A DNA stretch of 38,014 nt from Acetobacteraceae bacterium (GCA_043785025.1 JAYVXQ010000289.1:1-38014), one strand, 5' to 3'. Counted from the stretch's first letter, positions 1 through 10,853 are shown. Program-made: numbers and translations. Notes: generated by a model from the sequence alone, not told the origin.

Positions 1-1079
1 CCTCCGGCGCGTCCGCCGCCGCGCGCTTGTTGCGAGGGTTGCGGCGACGCGGTCACGTTGTTCGGAGTGAATGCCATCTGCAACGTGTGCGCGATGTCGT
101 TGGCGTTGCTGTTTTGCAGATAATACGCGTGCCAGACGCGAACGGAACGGCGGCGTTCACGCTCGATCAGTCCGAACACGCGCTGCGCCGCTTCGATGTA
201 GCGCGGTTGGGACGATACGATCAGCACGGCGTTCATGCGCATCAGCGGAATGACCCGCACCAGCCCGCTCAGGCCAGCCCCGGCCTTGCCGCGAAACGAT
301 TCCGTCAGCGCGTCGGCGAAATCCTTGGCATTGCCCGAGGTGACCGGCAGCACGGCGTAAGATTGTCCCGCCAGCGCATCGATATCGAAGGACCGCACCA
401 GGTCGGCCATCGATTGCACCTGGCTCGGGTCGCCGCTGACCAGTAGGGTGTTGAGGCTGGTTTCGGCGGCGATCCGGGTGCCGGCACCCGCGACTGGTTG
501 CAGCACCTTGGCCAGATCCTCGGCCGAGACATAGCGTAACGGCACCACGATGCTGCCCGCCCCGCCCGCGGCCGCGGCGGGGACCACGCGATACAGCCCG
601 TCGCCCCGGATCAACACCGCACCCACGCTGCCCAACATGGTCTGCAAGGCCGGCAGCAACTGACGGCTGGACAACGGCCGCGCGGTGCGCAGGGTGACCG
701 TGCCCTTCACCGCCGGATCGATGCTGTAATTCGTCCGCAGCATCGCGCCGAGAATTTGCGCCACCGCTTCCCGCACATCGGTATCGGCGAAATCGAGCGA
801 ATATTGCTCGGCGCCGCCCGCCTCGGCCGCCTCGCTCGCCCCCGCGCGCGGCGTTCCGTAAATCACCTGCGCGGAGCGGCCGGAGGGTTGATACACGGGC
901 CCGTTGCTCCGGGCCGATCCGGCCGAGGGCCGGCCGTTGAAGATGGCGGGGGTGATCGAGCTGATGTTCAGCCGTTCCAGCGGCTCGCACCCGCTCAGCA
1001 GTAGCAGCGAGGCGGCGGCCAGACGCGCCGGCAATCGTTGGCGGGCCGGCATGATCGGCCAGTGTCGCGCGCGGGTCAT
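1..1079 (-). CDS. gspD: T2SS secretin GspD, N-terminal part (3' end beyond left edge); lipoprotein signal
   Basis: Not in ORF track because truncated. Manual translation from ATG 1079 (overlaps upstream TGA): MTRARHWPIMPARQRLPARLAAASLLLLSGC...EQYSLDFADTDVREAVAQILGAMLRTNYSIDPAVKGTVTLRTARPLS (secretin N0) ...VVPLRYVSAEDLAKVLQP...NTLLVSG...FDID (N1)...YYLQNSNANDIAHTL. Follows gspL-M-N. Confidence 0.92.
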   Translation of the reverse strand, partial: MTRARHWPIMPARQRLPARLAAASLLLLSGCEPLERLNISSITPAIFNGRPSAGSARSNGPVYQPSGRSAQVIYGTPRAGASEAAEAGGAEQYSLDFADTDVREAVAQILGAMLRTNYSIDPAVKGTVTLRTARPLSSRQLLPALQTMLGSVGAVLIRGDGLYRVVPAAAAGGAGSIVVPLRYVSAEDLAKVLQPVAGAGTRIAAETSLNTLLVSGDPSQVQSMADLVRSFDIDALAGQSYAVLPVTSGNAKDFADALTESFRGKAGAGLSGLVRVIPLMRMNAVLIVSSQPRYIEAAQRVFGLIERERRRSVRVWHAYYLQNSNANDIAHTLQMAFTPNNVTASPQPSQQARGGGRAG

Positions 1080-1627
1080 CGTCCGGTTCCTTGGGTGAAA
1101 ATCGTGTCGGGGGCGGAACCGGAGTCGCTTCCGGTTGGATTGGATCTGGGGGCAAGACCTGGACGAACCACGCGGTCGCCGGAGGGACCTGTCAGCGTGA
1201 CCTCGCCGGGCGCGATGGTCCGCACGCGCATGCCGCCGATGCTGTCGCCTTCGGATACCGCGCGGGATTTGCCGTCGGCGCCGATGAAGATCGCGCGGCG
1301 GTCGCGGGGGCCGACGATGACGGCGCTCAATCGCGGCATCTCATCGGCGCGCGGGCTTTCGGGTGCCGTGGGGCGCGTGGCGGATGGCGGACGCCGCTCG
1401 GGGCTGAACAGCGGGCGCGCGATCACGGCGGCGGCGACCAGACCCAGATCGTCGCGCTCCACAGGCACAACAGCGGTTGGGACACCGGTCGCTTCGCGCG
1501 GGGTGGATAAAGGCGCGGCCGTGCCCTCGGGGGCGTCGCGCCATCCCAGGATTTGCCACGACAACAGCGTCATCAACGCAATGGCGAGCCCGGTGGCGGC
1601 GATGGTCAACACGGTGGGCGCCTTCAT
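1076..1627 (-). CDS. T2SS protein N/C-like (XpsN/GspC-type, single TM plus HR-like domain)
   Basis: N-terminal TM, 'RPLFSPERRPP' motif, 'RLSAVIV...RAIF...VSEGDSIGGMRVRTIAPGEVTL'; sits between gspM and gspD as xpsN does. Confidence 0.75.
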   Translation of the reverse strand: MKAPTVLTIAATGLAIALMTLLSWQILGWRDAPEGTAAPLSTPREATGVPTAVVPVERDDLGLVAAAVIARPLFSPERRPPSATRPTAPESPRADEMPRLSAVIVGPRDRRAIFIGADGKSRAVSEGDSIGGMRVRTIAPGEVTLTGPSGDRVVRPGLAPRSNPTGSDSGSAPDTIFTQGTGR

Positions 1628-1637
1628 GCCGGCGGGC

Positions 1638-2207
1638 TCATGGTTGCGCCGCGCGCCAGGACATGACGGTCAGACCCGCCTCGACGGGTTGGGCTGGGTC
1701 TCGGCCAATGGGTGCGCGGATCTGGATCTCGTCGGTGACCATCGGCAGGTCGGATCGCGCCAAGGCCAGCAACAGGCCAACCAGAGCGGGGTACGGCGCG
1801 GTCACGGTCAGGCGGACGGCGATCGCCCGGAACTCCGCGTCCGGCTGTCCCGGCAGGATCTCCTGCGTGCCGACCCGCACCCCGGTCTGCCCCGCCAGCG
1901 CCTCGATCCGCTGTTGCAGCATCGCGGCCGCGAGCGCATCGGTCGCGCCGGTCAGCAGCACCACCGGCGTCGCGCCGTTGGCGCCCTCCGCGGCCGCCGC
2001 GACCTGTTGGCGCAACAGGGGCAGCGTATCGACCAGCGCCCCCATCCGGCGCGCGAGGGCCTGCTGGCGGCGCAGCATTTCGGCGCGCTCATCGTACCAA
2101 TCCCAGACCGGTTGGATCACCGCGAGCCACACGCACGCGAGGCCGATCGCGGCGATCGCCAGCGCGAGCATCTGTCCCCGGACACCGGTGGGTAGCGCGA
2201 CGCGCAT
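1638..2207 (-). CDS. gspM: T2SS inner-membrane platform protein GspM
   Basis: N-terminal TM, coiled coil, 'ALAAAMLQQRIEALA', ferredoxin-like C-terminus; directly downstream of gspL. Confidence 0.8.
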   Translation of the reverse strand: MRVALPTGVRGQMLALAIAAIGLACVWLAVIQPVWDWYDERAEMLRRQQALARRMGALVDTLPLLRQQVAAAAEGANGATPVVLLTGATDALAAAMLQQRIEALAGQTGVRVGTQEILPGQPDAEFRAIAVRLTVTAPYPALVGLLLALARSDLPMVTDEIQIRAPIGRDPAQPVEAGLTVMSWRAAQP

Positions 2208-2209
2208 GG

Positions 2210-3229
2210 TCAGGGTTCGAACCCGGCCTGGATGGTGAACACGTCCCGCCCGCTTTCGGCGCGCACCACCGGGGCGGCGAAAGATGGGTTTTTCACATGC
2301 GGTTCGGCCGCCATCGACGCGATCAACCGTGTCGCCGTCGCCGATTGCCCCTCCATCGTCAGCCGGTCCCGCCGCAGCGCGAGGCTGGTGAGCCAGGTGT
2401 CGTCGGGCAGCAGATCGGTCAGCACGCCCAAAAGGCGCGGGACCGCCGCCGCGCGCTCATGCGCCGCCGCGACCCGCCCCATGCCGGCCGATCCGGCCGC
2501 GATCCGCCGCCGCGTCGCATCGACCTGATCCATGGCGGGTTTGAGCACCGCCAACCGCTCCTCCACCGCCGCCAGCGCTAAAGACTGGCGCAGCAATGGG
2601 ACCGCCAGCACCGCCAGCGCCAGCAACGCGCAAACAACGAGGGCCGCGGAAAGCCCAGTACGGGACCGCGCCTGATCGTCGGATGCGATGGCGATGCGCG
2701 CGACGCCTCCGGCGGGATCCGGCGCCTCGACGGCGGAGGGCGCGATGCCCAAAGCGGCCAAATGCGCGAGCGGGGCGGCAGCCCATGATTTCGGCGCGAC
2801 CGCGATGTCGACGGTCAGCGCGCCGCTGGCCGGGTCGCGGGCGACGATCCGATGGTCGAACAGCACATCGGCCGCCGCGAAGGGGGTCAGCCGATCCATT
2901 TCATAGCGCAGCAGCCGGTCCAGATGCGCCGCCGCCGCCGCGGGCACGGTTTCCCGCCGCCGCAAGAACGCCCGCCGCAGCGCAATCACCACCGCTTCGC
3001 CCCGGCGGCGCTGGCCCATCGCGCGCGACCACGCGGCCCGGTCCGCGTCCGCGTCCAACGTGGCGATCGGGGTGAGCACCCCGCGCCGCCGCCGCGTGAC
3101 ACACCAGCCGTCGAGATCGCCGGAACTCAGGAGCATGGCGTCTTGCACGCGGCGGCTCCGCCAGCACACCACCGACACGCCGAGGCCGCGCATTTGATCG
3201 ACCCACCATGTTCCAAATTCGCGCAGCAT
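2210..3229 (-). CDS. gspL: T2SS protein GspL (PilN-domain)
   Basis: Start re-assigned to ATG 3229 (MLREFGTWW); 'LRYEMDRLTPFAAADVLFD', TM, C-terminal PilN-like 'LTDLLPDDTWLTSL...MEGQS'. Confidence 0.85.
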   Translation of the reverse strand: MLREFGTWWVDQMRGLGVSVVCWRSRRVQDAMLLSSGDLDGWCVTRRRRGVLTPIATLDADADRAAWSRAMGQRRRGEAVVIALRRAFLRRRETVPAAAAAHLDRLLRYEMDRLTPFAAADVLFDHRIVARDPASGALTVDIAVAPKSWAAAPLAHLAALGIAPSAVEAPDPAGGVARIAIASDDQARSRTGLSAALVVCALLALAVLAVPLLRQSLALAAVEERLAVLKPAMDQVDATRRRIAAGSAGMGRVAAAHERAAAVPRLLGVLTDLLPDDTWLTSLALRRDRLTMEGQSATATRLIASMAAEPHVKNPSFAAPVVRAESGRDVFTIQAGFEP

Positions 3230-3400
3230 CGAGTCGCGGCGTTCCCAGGTTTCCTCTGATGCATAAGCGGATTTATTTTGAGAGAGTATAGGGGTTTTTT
3301 CACCCGAGCGGTGGATCGTCCAAATCTGGCGGAGGCGCGGGCTGGCGCCAGAAATTAAACGGGCACACAGGTCCATCGTCCGGCGGGACGAACCAGGGCG

Positions 3401-3817
3401 TTATTCGCCGCCCGCCGACACCCGTCCCGTCAGCCAGTTCACCGTCAGGGTCCGCCGTGTAGAGCCCATGCTGACGACCACGATGCCGCCGGAGCCGCTG
3501 CCATCGGGCGCGAACCCGATCGTCTTCTGGGCTGGCATCGCCAGCAGGATGTCCGGAGCCGCGGCGATCCGGTCACCGCCGATCAGCAATCCATGTCCGT
3601 CCGGCGCGACGGCGACCGTGACCGGACGGCTTTCGGTCATCGCCCGGGATCGGGCCAGCCGCAACATCGCGCTGACCTGACCGGTCGCGCCGGACAGCGC
3701 GAGTCCATTGTCGCGGCGCGGACGAAATCCGGCACCGATCGTCAGCACCAGGCCGATGATCACCACCACGACGATCGTTTCGATCAACGTGAACCCGGAA
3801 TCGGGCGCGCGCCTCAT
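3401..3817 (-). CDS. gspH: Minor pseudopilin GspH/FimT-like
   Basis: Prepilin site SG|FTLIE, 'LRLARSRAM', 'IGFAPDGSGSGG', 'VNWLTGRV'. Confidence 0.88.
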   Translation of the reverse strand: MRRAPDSGFTLIETIVVVVIIGLVLTIGAGFRPRRDNGLALSGATGQVSAMLRLARSRAMTESRPVTVAVAPDGHGLLIGGDRIAAAPDILLAMPAQKTIGFAPDGSGSGGIVVVSMGSTRRTLTVNWLTGRVSAGGE

Positions 3818-5027
3818 TGCGCCAGATCGTTCAGGCTCAACATCGCCAGCAGCAGCGAGGCGACGATCCCGGCGATGATGGCACCCATCGCGATGGTGAT
3901 CGCGGGCGTCAGCAACGCGACCAGGCGTTGCGTCGCGGTGCGCACCTGATCCTCGTGGATCGCCGCCGCGCGCAGCGCCATGGGGCCGAGTTGCGCCGTC
4001 TCCTCCCCCAGCCGCAGCAAATGGATCAGTCTGGGCGGAAACAATCCGGACTCGCCCAACGGGGTGGACAGGCCCGCGCCGGATTTGGCGACCGCGGTCG
4101 CGTGATCGACCGCGGCGACGCCGGCCTCATTGCCCAGTACGTCGCGGGATATGGCCAGAGCCGGGATCAGGGAGACGCCGTTGTCGAGCAGACTGCCCAA
4201 GGTGCGCGCCAGCCGCGCCGCCATGATCTCACGCGACAATCGGCCAAGGATGGGGAGGCGGAGTTTGACGCGGTCGAAGGCGAGGCGCGGACCGGGACGG
4301 CGCAGCGCCACCCGCGCCACGACGAATGCCAGCAGAATGACCAGCAAGGCGGCCAGCCCGTGCCGCGACACGGCGTCTCCGGCGTCGATCAGGAATCGTG
4401 TCGACGCCGGCAGCACGGCGCCGCTTTGTTCAAATAACGGGACGAATTGCGGCAGCACCTGGGTCAGCAGCAGCACGATCGCGCCCACCGCGGCGATCAA
4501 CAGCAGGATCGGATAGATCATCGCCGAGCGGACGGTGACGGCCAAAGCGCGCTCCCGCTCCAGCAAATCCGCCAGGCGGTCGAGGGTTGCCGCCAGCGTT
4601 CCCCCCGCCTCGCCCGAGCGGACCAGGCCGACGTAAAGGCGGGAGAAACTCTCGGGCCGTTTCGCCAAAGCGGCGGCGAGCGCGGTGCCGTCGCGCACGT
4701 CGTCGCGCACCGCCGTCATGACACGGGCCACGCGGCGGGAGGGCGCGGTTTCCACCAGGAAGCGCAAGGCGCGATCGAGGTCCTGACCGGCGCCCAACAT
4801 CGTCGCGAGTTCGCGGGTCACATCGGCGACTTCCTGACGCGACAACGCCTCCCGCCCGCCGAACGGCAGCGATAAAGAGGCCGCCATACCGGTTTTGACC
4901 GGTGCCACCGACAGCGGCAGCGCGCCATCGCGCTGAATGCGCGCGAGCACGGCGGCTTCATCGGGCGCGTCCATCTCCCCGTCGATGGCATGGCCGCCGC
5001 GATCGATGGCTTTGTAGCGCCACAGGC

Positions 5028-5031
<4 letters not shown>
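3814..5031 (-). CDS. gspF: T2SS inner-membrane platform protein GspF
   Basis: Start ATG 5031 (MSLWRYKAID, GGAG upstream, ATGA overlap with gspE stop); 'TRELATMLGAG', 'SGEAGGTL', 'SAMIYP', second T2SSF repeat 'LGEETAQL'. Confidence 0.93.
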
Positions 5032-6755
<1,724 letters not shown>

Positions 6756-6918
6756 GGCGATACGATCGGATCCCTTGCGCGCGGGGTTCGGGCTTACCGG
6801 CCGCGCGATGGCGTGTGACCGGCGGGATATCATGGGTTGCGTTTCGTGTGTGTACAGGATGACGCGAGCGTGGAGAAGCAAGGACAGGGGATTTTCGACG
6901 CGTCGCGATTTGGGGGAG

Positions 6919-6945
6919 TCCGTGCCGGTCGCGGCGCTGGATTGA
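6919..6945 (-). promoter_or_regulatory. Possible degenerate ECF-type promoter upstream of gspE (TCAATCCA-N15-CGGA)
   Basis: Same spacing as the exact motif at 13090-13116 and 15150-15176, with 3 substitutions. Confidence 0.3.
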
Positions 6946-7208
6946 TTCACCACGGAGTGATCGGAGGATCACGGAGGAATGTGATCTGGCTGATGTGACG
7001 GGTGATGGATTGCCGGGTTGGCCCGGGAACCGTCGCGCGGAGGTCATTCAGGGACGGTTCGCGATCGATCCGTTTTTGGTGACTGGGTTTAGGCTGGTGC
7101 TGGCGCGCGATCGTTTCAGGTTGGTTGCGACCTGAAGCGTGATTGGTCCAATGAGATGGCGGGGCTTGAGTGGTTGGGTGCGAGGCGGCGCGGGGTGATT
7201 TTAATGTC

Positions 7209-7235
7209 TACCTGGGTTTCGGAGAAATCCGGGTA
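7209..7235 (+). repeat. REP-like hairpin copy 1 (TACCTGGGTTTC-GGA-GAAATCCGGGTA)
   Basis: 12-bp stem with two G.T pairs; homologous to 7279-7309 and 34399-34427. Confidence 0.75.
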
Positions 7236-7278
7236 TACGCGCCCAGGGTTGGTGTGGCGGCGGGCGCAAAACCAGAAG

Positions 7279-7309
7279 GATATCCGGATTTCGGAGAGAT
7301 CCGGGTATC
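7279..7309 (+). repeat. REP-like hairpin copy 2 (GATATCCGGATTTC-GGA-GAGATCCGGGTATC)
   Basis: 14-bp stem with two G.T pairs and the same GGA loop. Confidence 0.75.
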
Positions 7310-7536
7310 GCGTGCCGCGGTCTCGCTTTTTGGCGCACGATATTAAGCGGCAGCCATGATGGCAGGCGTTGTTTGTTTCGATATATTTATGATAAAATCG
7401 ACGGTCCGAGCTTATCTTTCGTGGGCCGGCCCAATTATATTTTTTCGTGGATATGACGATCAATGATCGGTTCGCGGTGAAATGGTTCGCGCCAGGACCT
7501 ATCTGGGAGCCCGCCAGCGACGGGCCCCCGAAATCG

Positions 7537-9753
7537 TTATCCGCCACCGAACATCGGCAACGACGTCACCCGTTTACCGGTCAACGCGAAATACGCGTTC
7601 GCCAAAGCGGGCGCCGCGGGCGGCAAACCGGGCTCGCCCACTCCGCCCGGCGGGTTCGCGGTCGATCCGATCACCTGCACGTTGATCGCGGGGGCGTCGC
7701 GCATGCGCATCATGCGGAACGTGTCGAAATTCTGCTGATCGGCGACCCCGTTCTGCCAGGTGATCTTGCCCCATAGCGCCGTCGCGAGGCCCTGGATGAT
7801 CGAACTTTGCATCTGTGCCGCGACCGAGTCAGGGTTCACCGTCGTGCCGCAATCCACCGCGCAATCCACCCGGACGACCTGAACCTGGCCCGCCGCGTTG
7901 GTCGCGATTTCCACGACCTCGGCGACATAGCTTCCGAAACTGAACCGGCAGGCGATCCCGCGCGCATGACCCGCGGCCGGTTTGGTGCCCCATCCCGCCA
8001 TCGCCGCGGCTTTCGCCAGCACACCCAATAGCCGCGGGCTGCTGGTCAGCAGTTTCTGGCGATAGGCCAGCGGGTCCATGCCGGCCACCGCCGCCGCCTC
8101 ATCGATCGCGGTTTCCACCACGAAGGTGTTCAGCGAATTGCCAACCGAACGCCAGAACCCGACCGGCACCGGCGTCGTCAGGATGCCATACTCCACGAAC
8201 CGCGCGCCCATCGTGTAAGGCAAACCGATCGCGCCATCCGTGCTTTGCGAGTCGAGCCCGCCCGCCACGGCCGCGGGAAACACCCGTGCGAGGATCGAGG
8301 GCGACACGATCCGGTTGTTCCACCCGACGATGTCGCCTGACCCGTTCAGACCAACCGTCAGTTTCGATATCGCCATCGGGCGGTAGAAATCATGGGTGAG
8401 TTCTTCTTCCCGCGACCAGGTCAGCTTCACCGGCTGGCCGATCTGTTTGGCGATCGTCACGGCCTGGACGACGTAATCCGTCTCGCCCTTGCGGCCAAGC
8501 CCGCCGCCCATGAACATCGAATGCACCGTCACCTGCGCCGCGGTCAGACCGGTCAGCGCCATCGCTTTCGCCTGGCAGGCATCGGGCGCTTGCGTCGGCA
8601 CCCAGATCTCGCAACTGGTCGCGGTGACCGCGGCGGTGCAGGTCATCACCTCCATCGTCGCATGCGCGGTGAAGGGCAGGGAGTAGGTGCGGCTGATGGT
8701 ATTCTTGGCCAGCGCCATGCCCGCCGCCAGGTCGCCGATTTTCTCGGCTTGCGTCACCGGGCCGTTCGCCATGATGGCGTTGGCGGCGGCGCGCATCGCC
8801 TGGCTGTCCTGAGCCGCGCGTGTCGCGGGCGGAATGGTCCATGACACCGCCAGGCCGCGGGCAAGTTGAAACGCTTTCCAGGTACTCTCGGTCGAGACGA
8901 CCGCGACGGCGTTGCCGAGATTGACCACCGCCATCGCGCCCGCGGGCACGGCGGGCGTCGCGGCGACCGTGCCACCGAATACTGGGCACTGCTTGATGGC
9001 GGCGAAGACCATGCCCGGCACCATGGCGTCGATGCCGAATTTGGCGTTGCCGTTCACTTTCAGCGCGATATCCGGCCGTTTCACCGGCAGGCCGATCAGG
9101 GAATAGCCGCTCGCGGCGGACAGGATCGGCGGGCTGGCGGGGGGCGTCAGGCCGGCGGCGATGGGTGCCAGGGCCCCATACGTCAACGAACGGCCGGTCG
9201 ACACGCTGGTGACGACGCCATTGGCGGCTTTCAGGCCCGAGGCAGGCTCATTCAACTGGATCGCGGCCGCGGCGATCAGCATCTCGCGCGCCGTCGCGCC
9301 GATCTTCAACAGGGGCTGGAACCACGACCGGATATTATTGCTGCCGCCGGTGAAGCGGCGATGCGACACCGGGTGATCGTATTTCGGCGCCGCGTCGGGC
9401 TGCGCGGTGGTGACGCGGAACCAGGCGACTTTCAGCTCCTCGGCCAGCACCTGCGCCATGCCGGAGATGATCCCCTGGCCCATTTCGGCGCCCGCGCCAT
9501 AGATTTTCACGGATTCATCGGAGCCGATGACAACCCAGACATTGACGGTCGCGGTGGTGACCGGCGCCGCCGCCACCGTCGCGCCAGGGGCCGCGCCCCC
9601 GGTCATCGCACCCTGATGCGCCGCGCCAAGCGGTCCGACGGCCAAAGCCTCGGGCGGGCGTCCAAAACCAACCACCAGTCCGCCCGCGGCGGCGCCGGTG
9701 AATAATGCGCGACGGCCCAAACGCGACGCCGAGCCAATCATCATGTCATTCAT
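7537..9753 (-). CDS. iorB: Molybdopterin-binding oxidoreductase large subunit, isoquinoline 1-oxidoreductase beta (IorB)-like, Tat signal
   Basis: GRRALFTGAAAGGLVVG Tat-like leader; 'EMGQGI', 'TGGS', 'HATME', 'MGGGLGRK', 'WSREE', 'GFWRSVG', 'VNPDSVAAQ', 'GGVGEPG...PALANA'. Substrate unknown. Confidence 0.9.
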   Translation of the reverse strand: MNDMMIGSASRLGRRALFTGAAAGGLVVGFGRPPEALAVGPLGAAHQGAMTGGAAPGATVAAAPVTTATVNVWVVIGSDESVKIYGAGAEMGQGIISGMAQVLAEELKVAWFRVTTAQPDAAPKYDHPVSHRRFTGGSNNIRSWFQPLLKIGATAREMLIAAAAIQLNEPASGLKAANGVVTSVSTGRSLTYGALAPIAAGLTPPASPPILSAASGYSLIGLPVKRPDIALKVNGNAKFGIDAMVPGMVFAAIKQCPVFGGTVAATPAVPAGAMAVVNLGNAVAVVSTESTWKAFQLARGLAVSWTIPPATRAAQDSQAMRAAANAIMANGPVTQAEKIGDLAAGMALAKNTISRTYSLPFTAHATMEVMTCTAAVTATSCEIWVPTQAPDACQAKAMALTGLTAAQVTVHSMFMGGGLGRKGETDYVVQAVTIAKQIGQPVKLTWSREEELTHDFYRPMAISKLTVGLNGSGDIVGWNNRIVSPSILARVFPAAVAGGLDSQSTDGAIGLPYTMGARFVEYGILTTPVPVGFWRSVGNSLNTFVVETAIDEAAAVAGMDPLAYRQKLLTSSPRLLGVLAKAAAMAGWGTKPAAGHARGIACRFSFGSYVAEVVEIATNAAGQVQVVRVDCAVDCGTTVNPDSVAAQMQSSIIQGLATALWGKITWQNGVADQQNFDTFRMMRMRDAPAINVQVIGSTANPPGGVGEPGLPPAAPALANAYFALTGKRVTSLPMFGGG

Positions 9754-9772
9754 ATCGCTTAATCTTTCTTAT

Positions 9773-9876
9773 TTACTGACCCGCGGCTTATTGGCCAGCG
9801 CCTCATTGGCCCAACCTTACTGACCCGCGCCTTACTGACCAACGCCTTACTGACCAACGCCTTACTGACCAGCCGC
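9773..9876 (-). repeat. Tandem array of 7 ~15-bp units, each ending GGY-CAR-stop, re-copying the iorA 3' end
   Basis: Minus strand: GCGGCTGGTCAGTAA GGCGTTGGTCAGTAA GGCGTTGGTCAGTAA GGCGCGGGTCAGTAA GGTTGGGCCAATGA GGCGCTGGCCAATAA GCCGCGGGTCAGTAA. Confidence 0.9.
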
Positions 9877-10311
9877 GCGATGGATCCCGGCGCGCACCCG
9901 TGTATAGGTGCCGCACGCGCAAATATTGCTCATGGCCGCGTCGATCTGCGCGTCGGTCGGTTTCGGCGTCCGCCGCAACAGGTTCGCCGCCGCCATGATC
10001 ATGCCGGACTGGCAATAGCCGCATTGCGGCACCTGCAAATCGATCCAGGCCTGTTGCACGGCCTTGCCGATCGGCGTGCTGGCGATGCCCTCGATCGTGA
10101 CGATCGGCTTGCCGGCGGCATCCGACACCCGCATCTGGCAGGTCTTCTCCGCCCCGCCCTCGATCCAGACCGTGCAGGCGCCGCATTCCTCGATCCCGCA
10201 GCCATACTTCGTCCCGGTCAGGCCAAGCACATCCCGCAGCACCCACAGCAGGGGTGTCGCCGGGTCAACATTGACCTGTTTTGTTTGCCCATTGACGTTC
10301 AACGTGATCAT
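9862..10311 (-). CDS. iorA: 2x[2Fe-2S] small subunit, IorA/CoxS family
   Basis: Start ATG 10311 (MITLNVNG); 'TGTKYGCGIEECGACTV', 'VPQCGYCQSGMIM', 'NICACGTY'. Confidence 0.93.
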   Translation of the reverse strand: MITLNVNGQTKQVNVDPATPLLWVLRDVLGLTGTKYGCGIEECGACTVWIEGGAEKTCQMRVSDAAGKPIVTIEGIASTPIGKAVQQAWIDLQVPQCGYCQSGMIMAAANLLRRTPKPTDAQIDAAMSNICACGTYTRVRAGIHRAAGQ

Positions 10312-10463
10312 GCGCCGGAATCTTCCCGTGACAATGTGAATATGTGATCGCCTCGACACAGCGTGCCGGGAGCGTGATAGTTACGGACTGTTTCTGGTGT
10401 CTCGGTAACATCAAATTTTGGGACGGAGCAAGCCGAATTTTCACTAATGATAACTATTCCCAT

Positions 10464-10853
10464 GTGACAAAACTTTTATCAAAGGGTTTCACCCTGCTGG
10501 AACTGGCGGCGGCGTTCGCGATCGCGGCCCTCGCCCTCGCGGCTTTTTACCAGGGCACGTTGACCGGCCTGACCGCCACGCATCAGGTTGAGCGCCATAC
10601 GCGCGCCCTCGCGCTGGCCCGCTCGCGCCTCGCGCTGACCGATCTTCCGGGCACGCTGACGCCGGGTCTGACCGAGGGGCAGGACAATGACGGGTTCCAA
10701 TGGACGGTCACCATCGTCCCTGGCCCGCGGGGGTCGGATAACGCGCGGGCGCTGATGTTGTATGACGTGCGCGTCACCGTGCGCTGGCCCGCCGCGCATG
10801 GTCAGCCGCGCGTGGTCACTTTGGCCTCGCGCCGCGCGGGGCCGCCCCCGTGA
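10464..10853 (+). CDS. gspI: Minor pseudopilin GspI (cassette 1)
   Basis: Likely GTG start 10464; KG|FTLLE; 'ALALARSRL', 'GFQWTVTI', 'LYDVRVTVRW'. Confidence 0.82.
   Translation: MTKLLSKGFTLLELAAAFAIAALALAAFYQGTLTGLTATHQVERHTRALALARSRLALTDLPGTLTPGLTEGQDNDGFQWTVTIVPGPRGSDNARALMLYDVRVTVRWPAAHGQPRVVTLASRRAGPPP

Noticed and set aside
157-1155. 332-aa minus-strand ORF in the track
   Set aside because: Off-frame shadow of gspD; the secretin reads in the frame starting at 1079.
7116-7547. 143-aa ORF in the gspE-iorB gap
   Set aside because: Atypical composition, runs across the REP-like hairpins, no motif.
9773-9876. Possible mini-CRISPR
   Set aside because: 15-bp contiguous units with no spacers and no cas genes.
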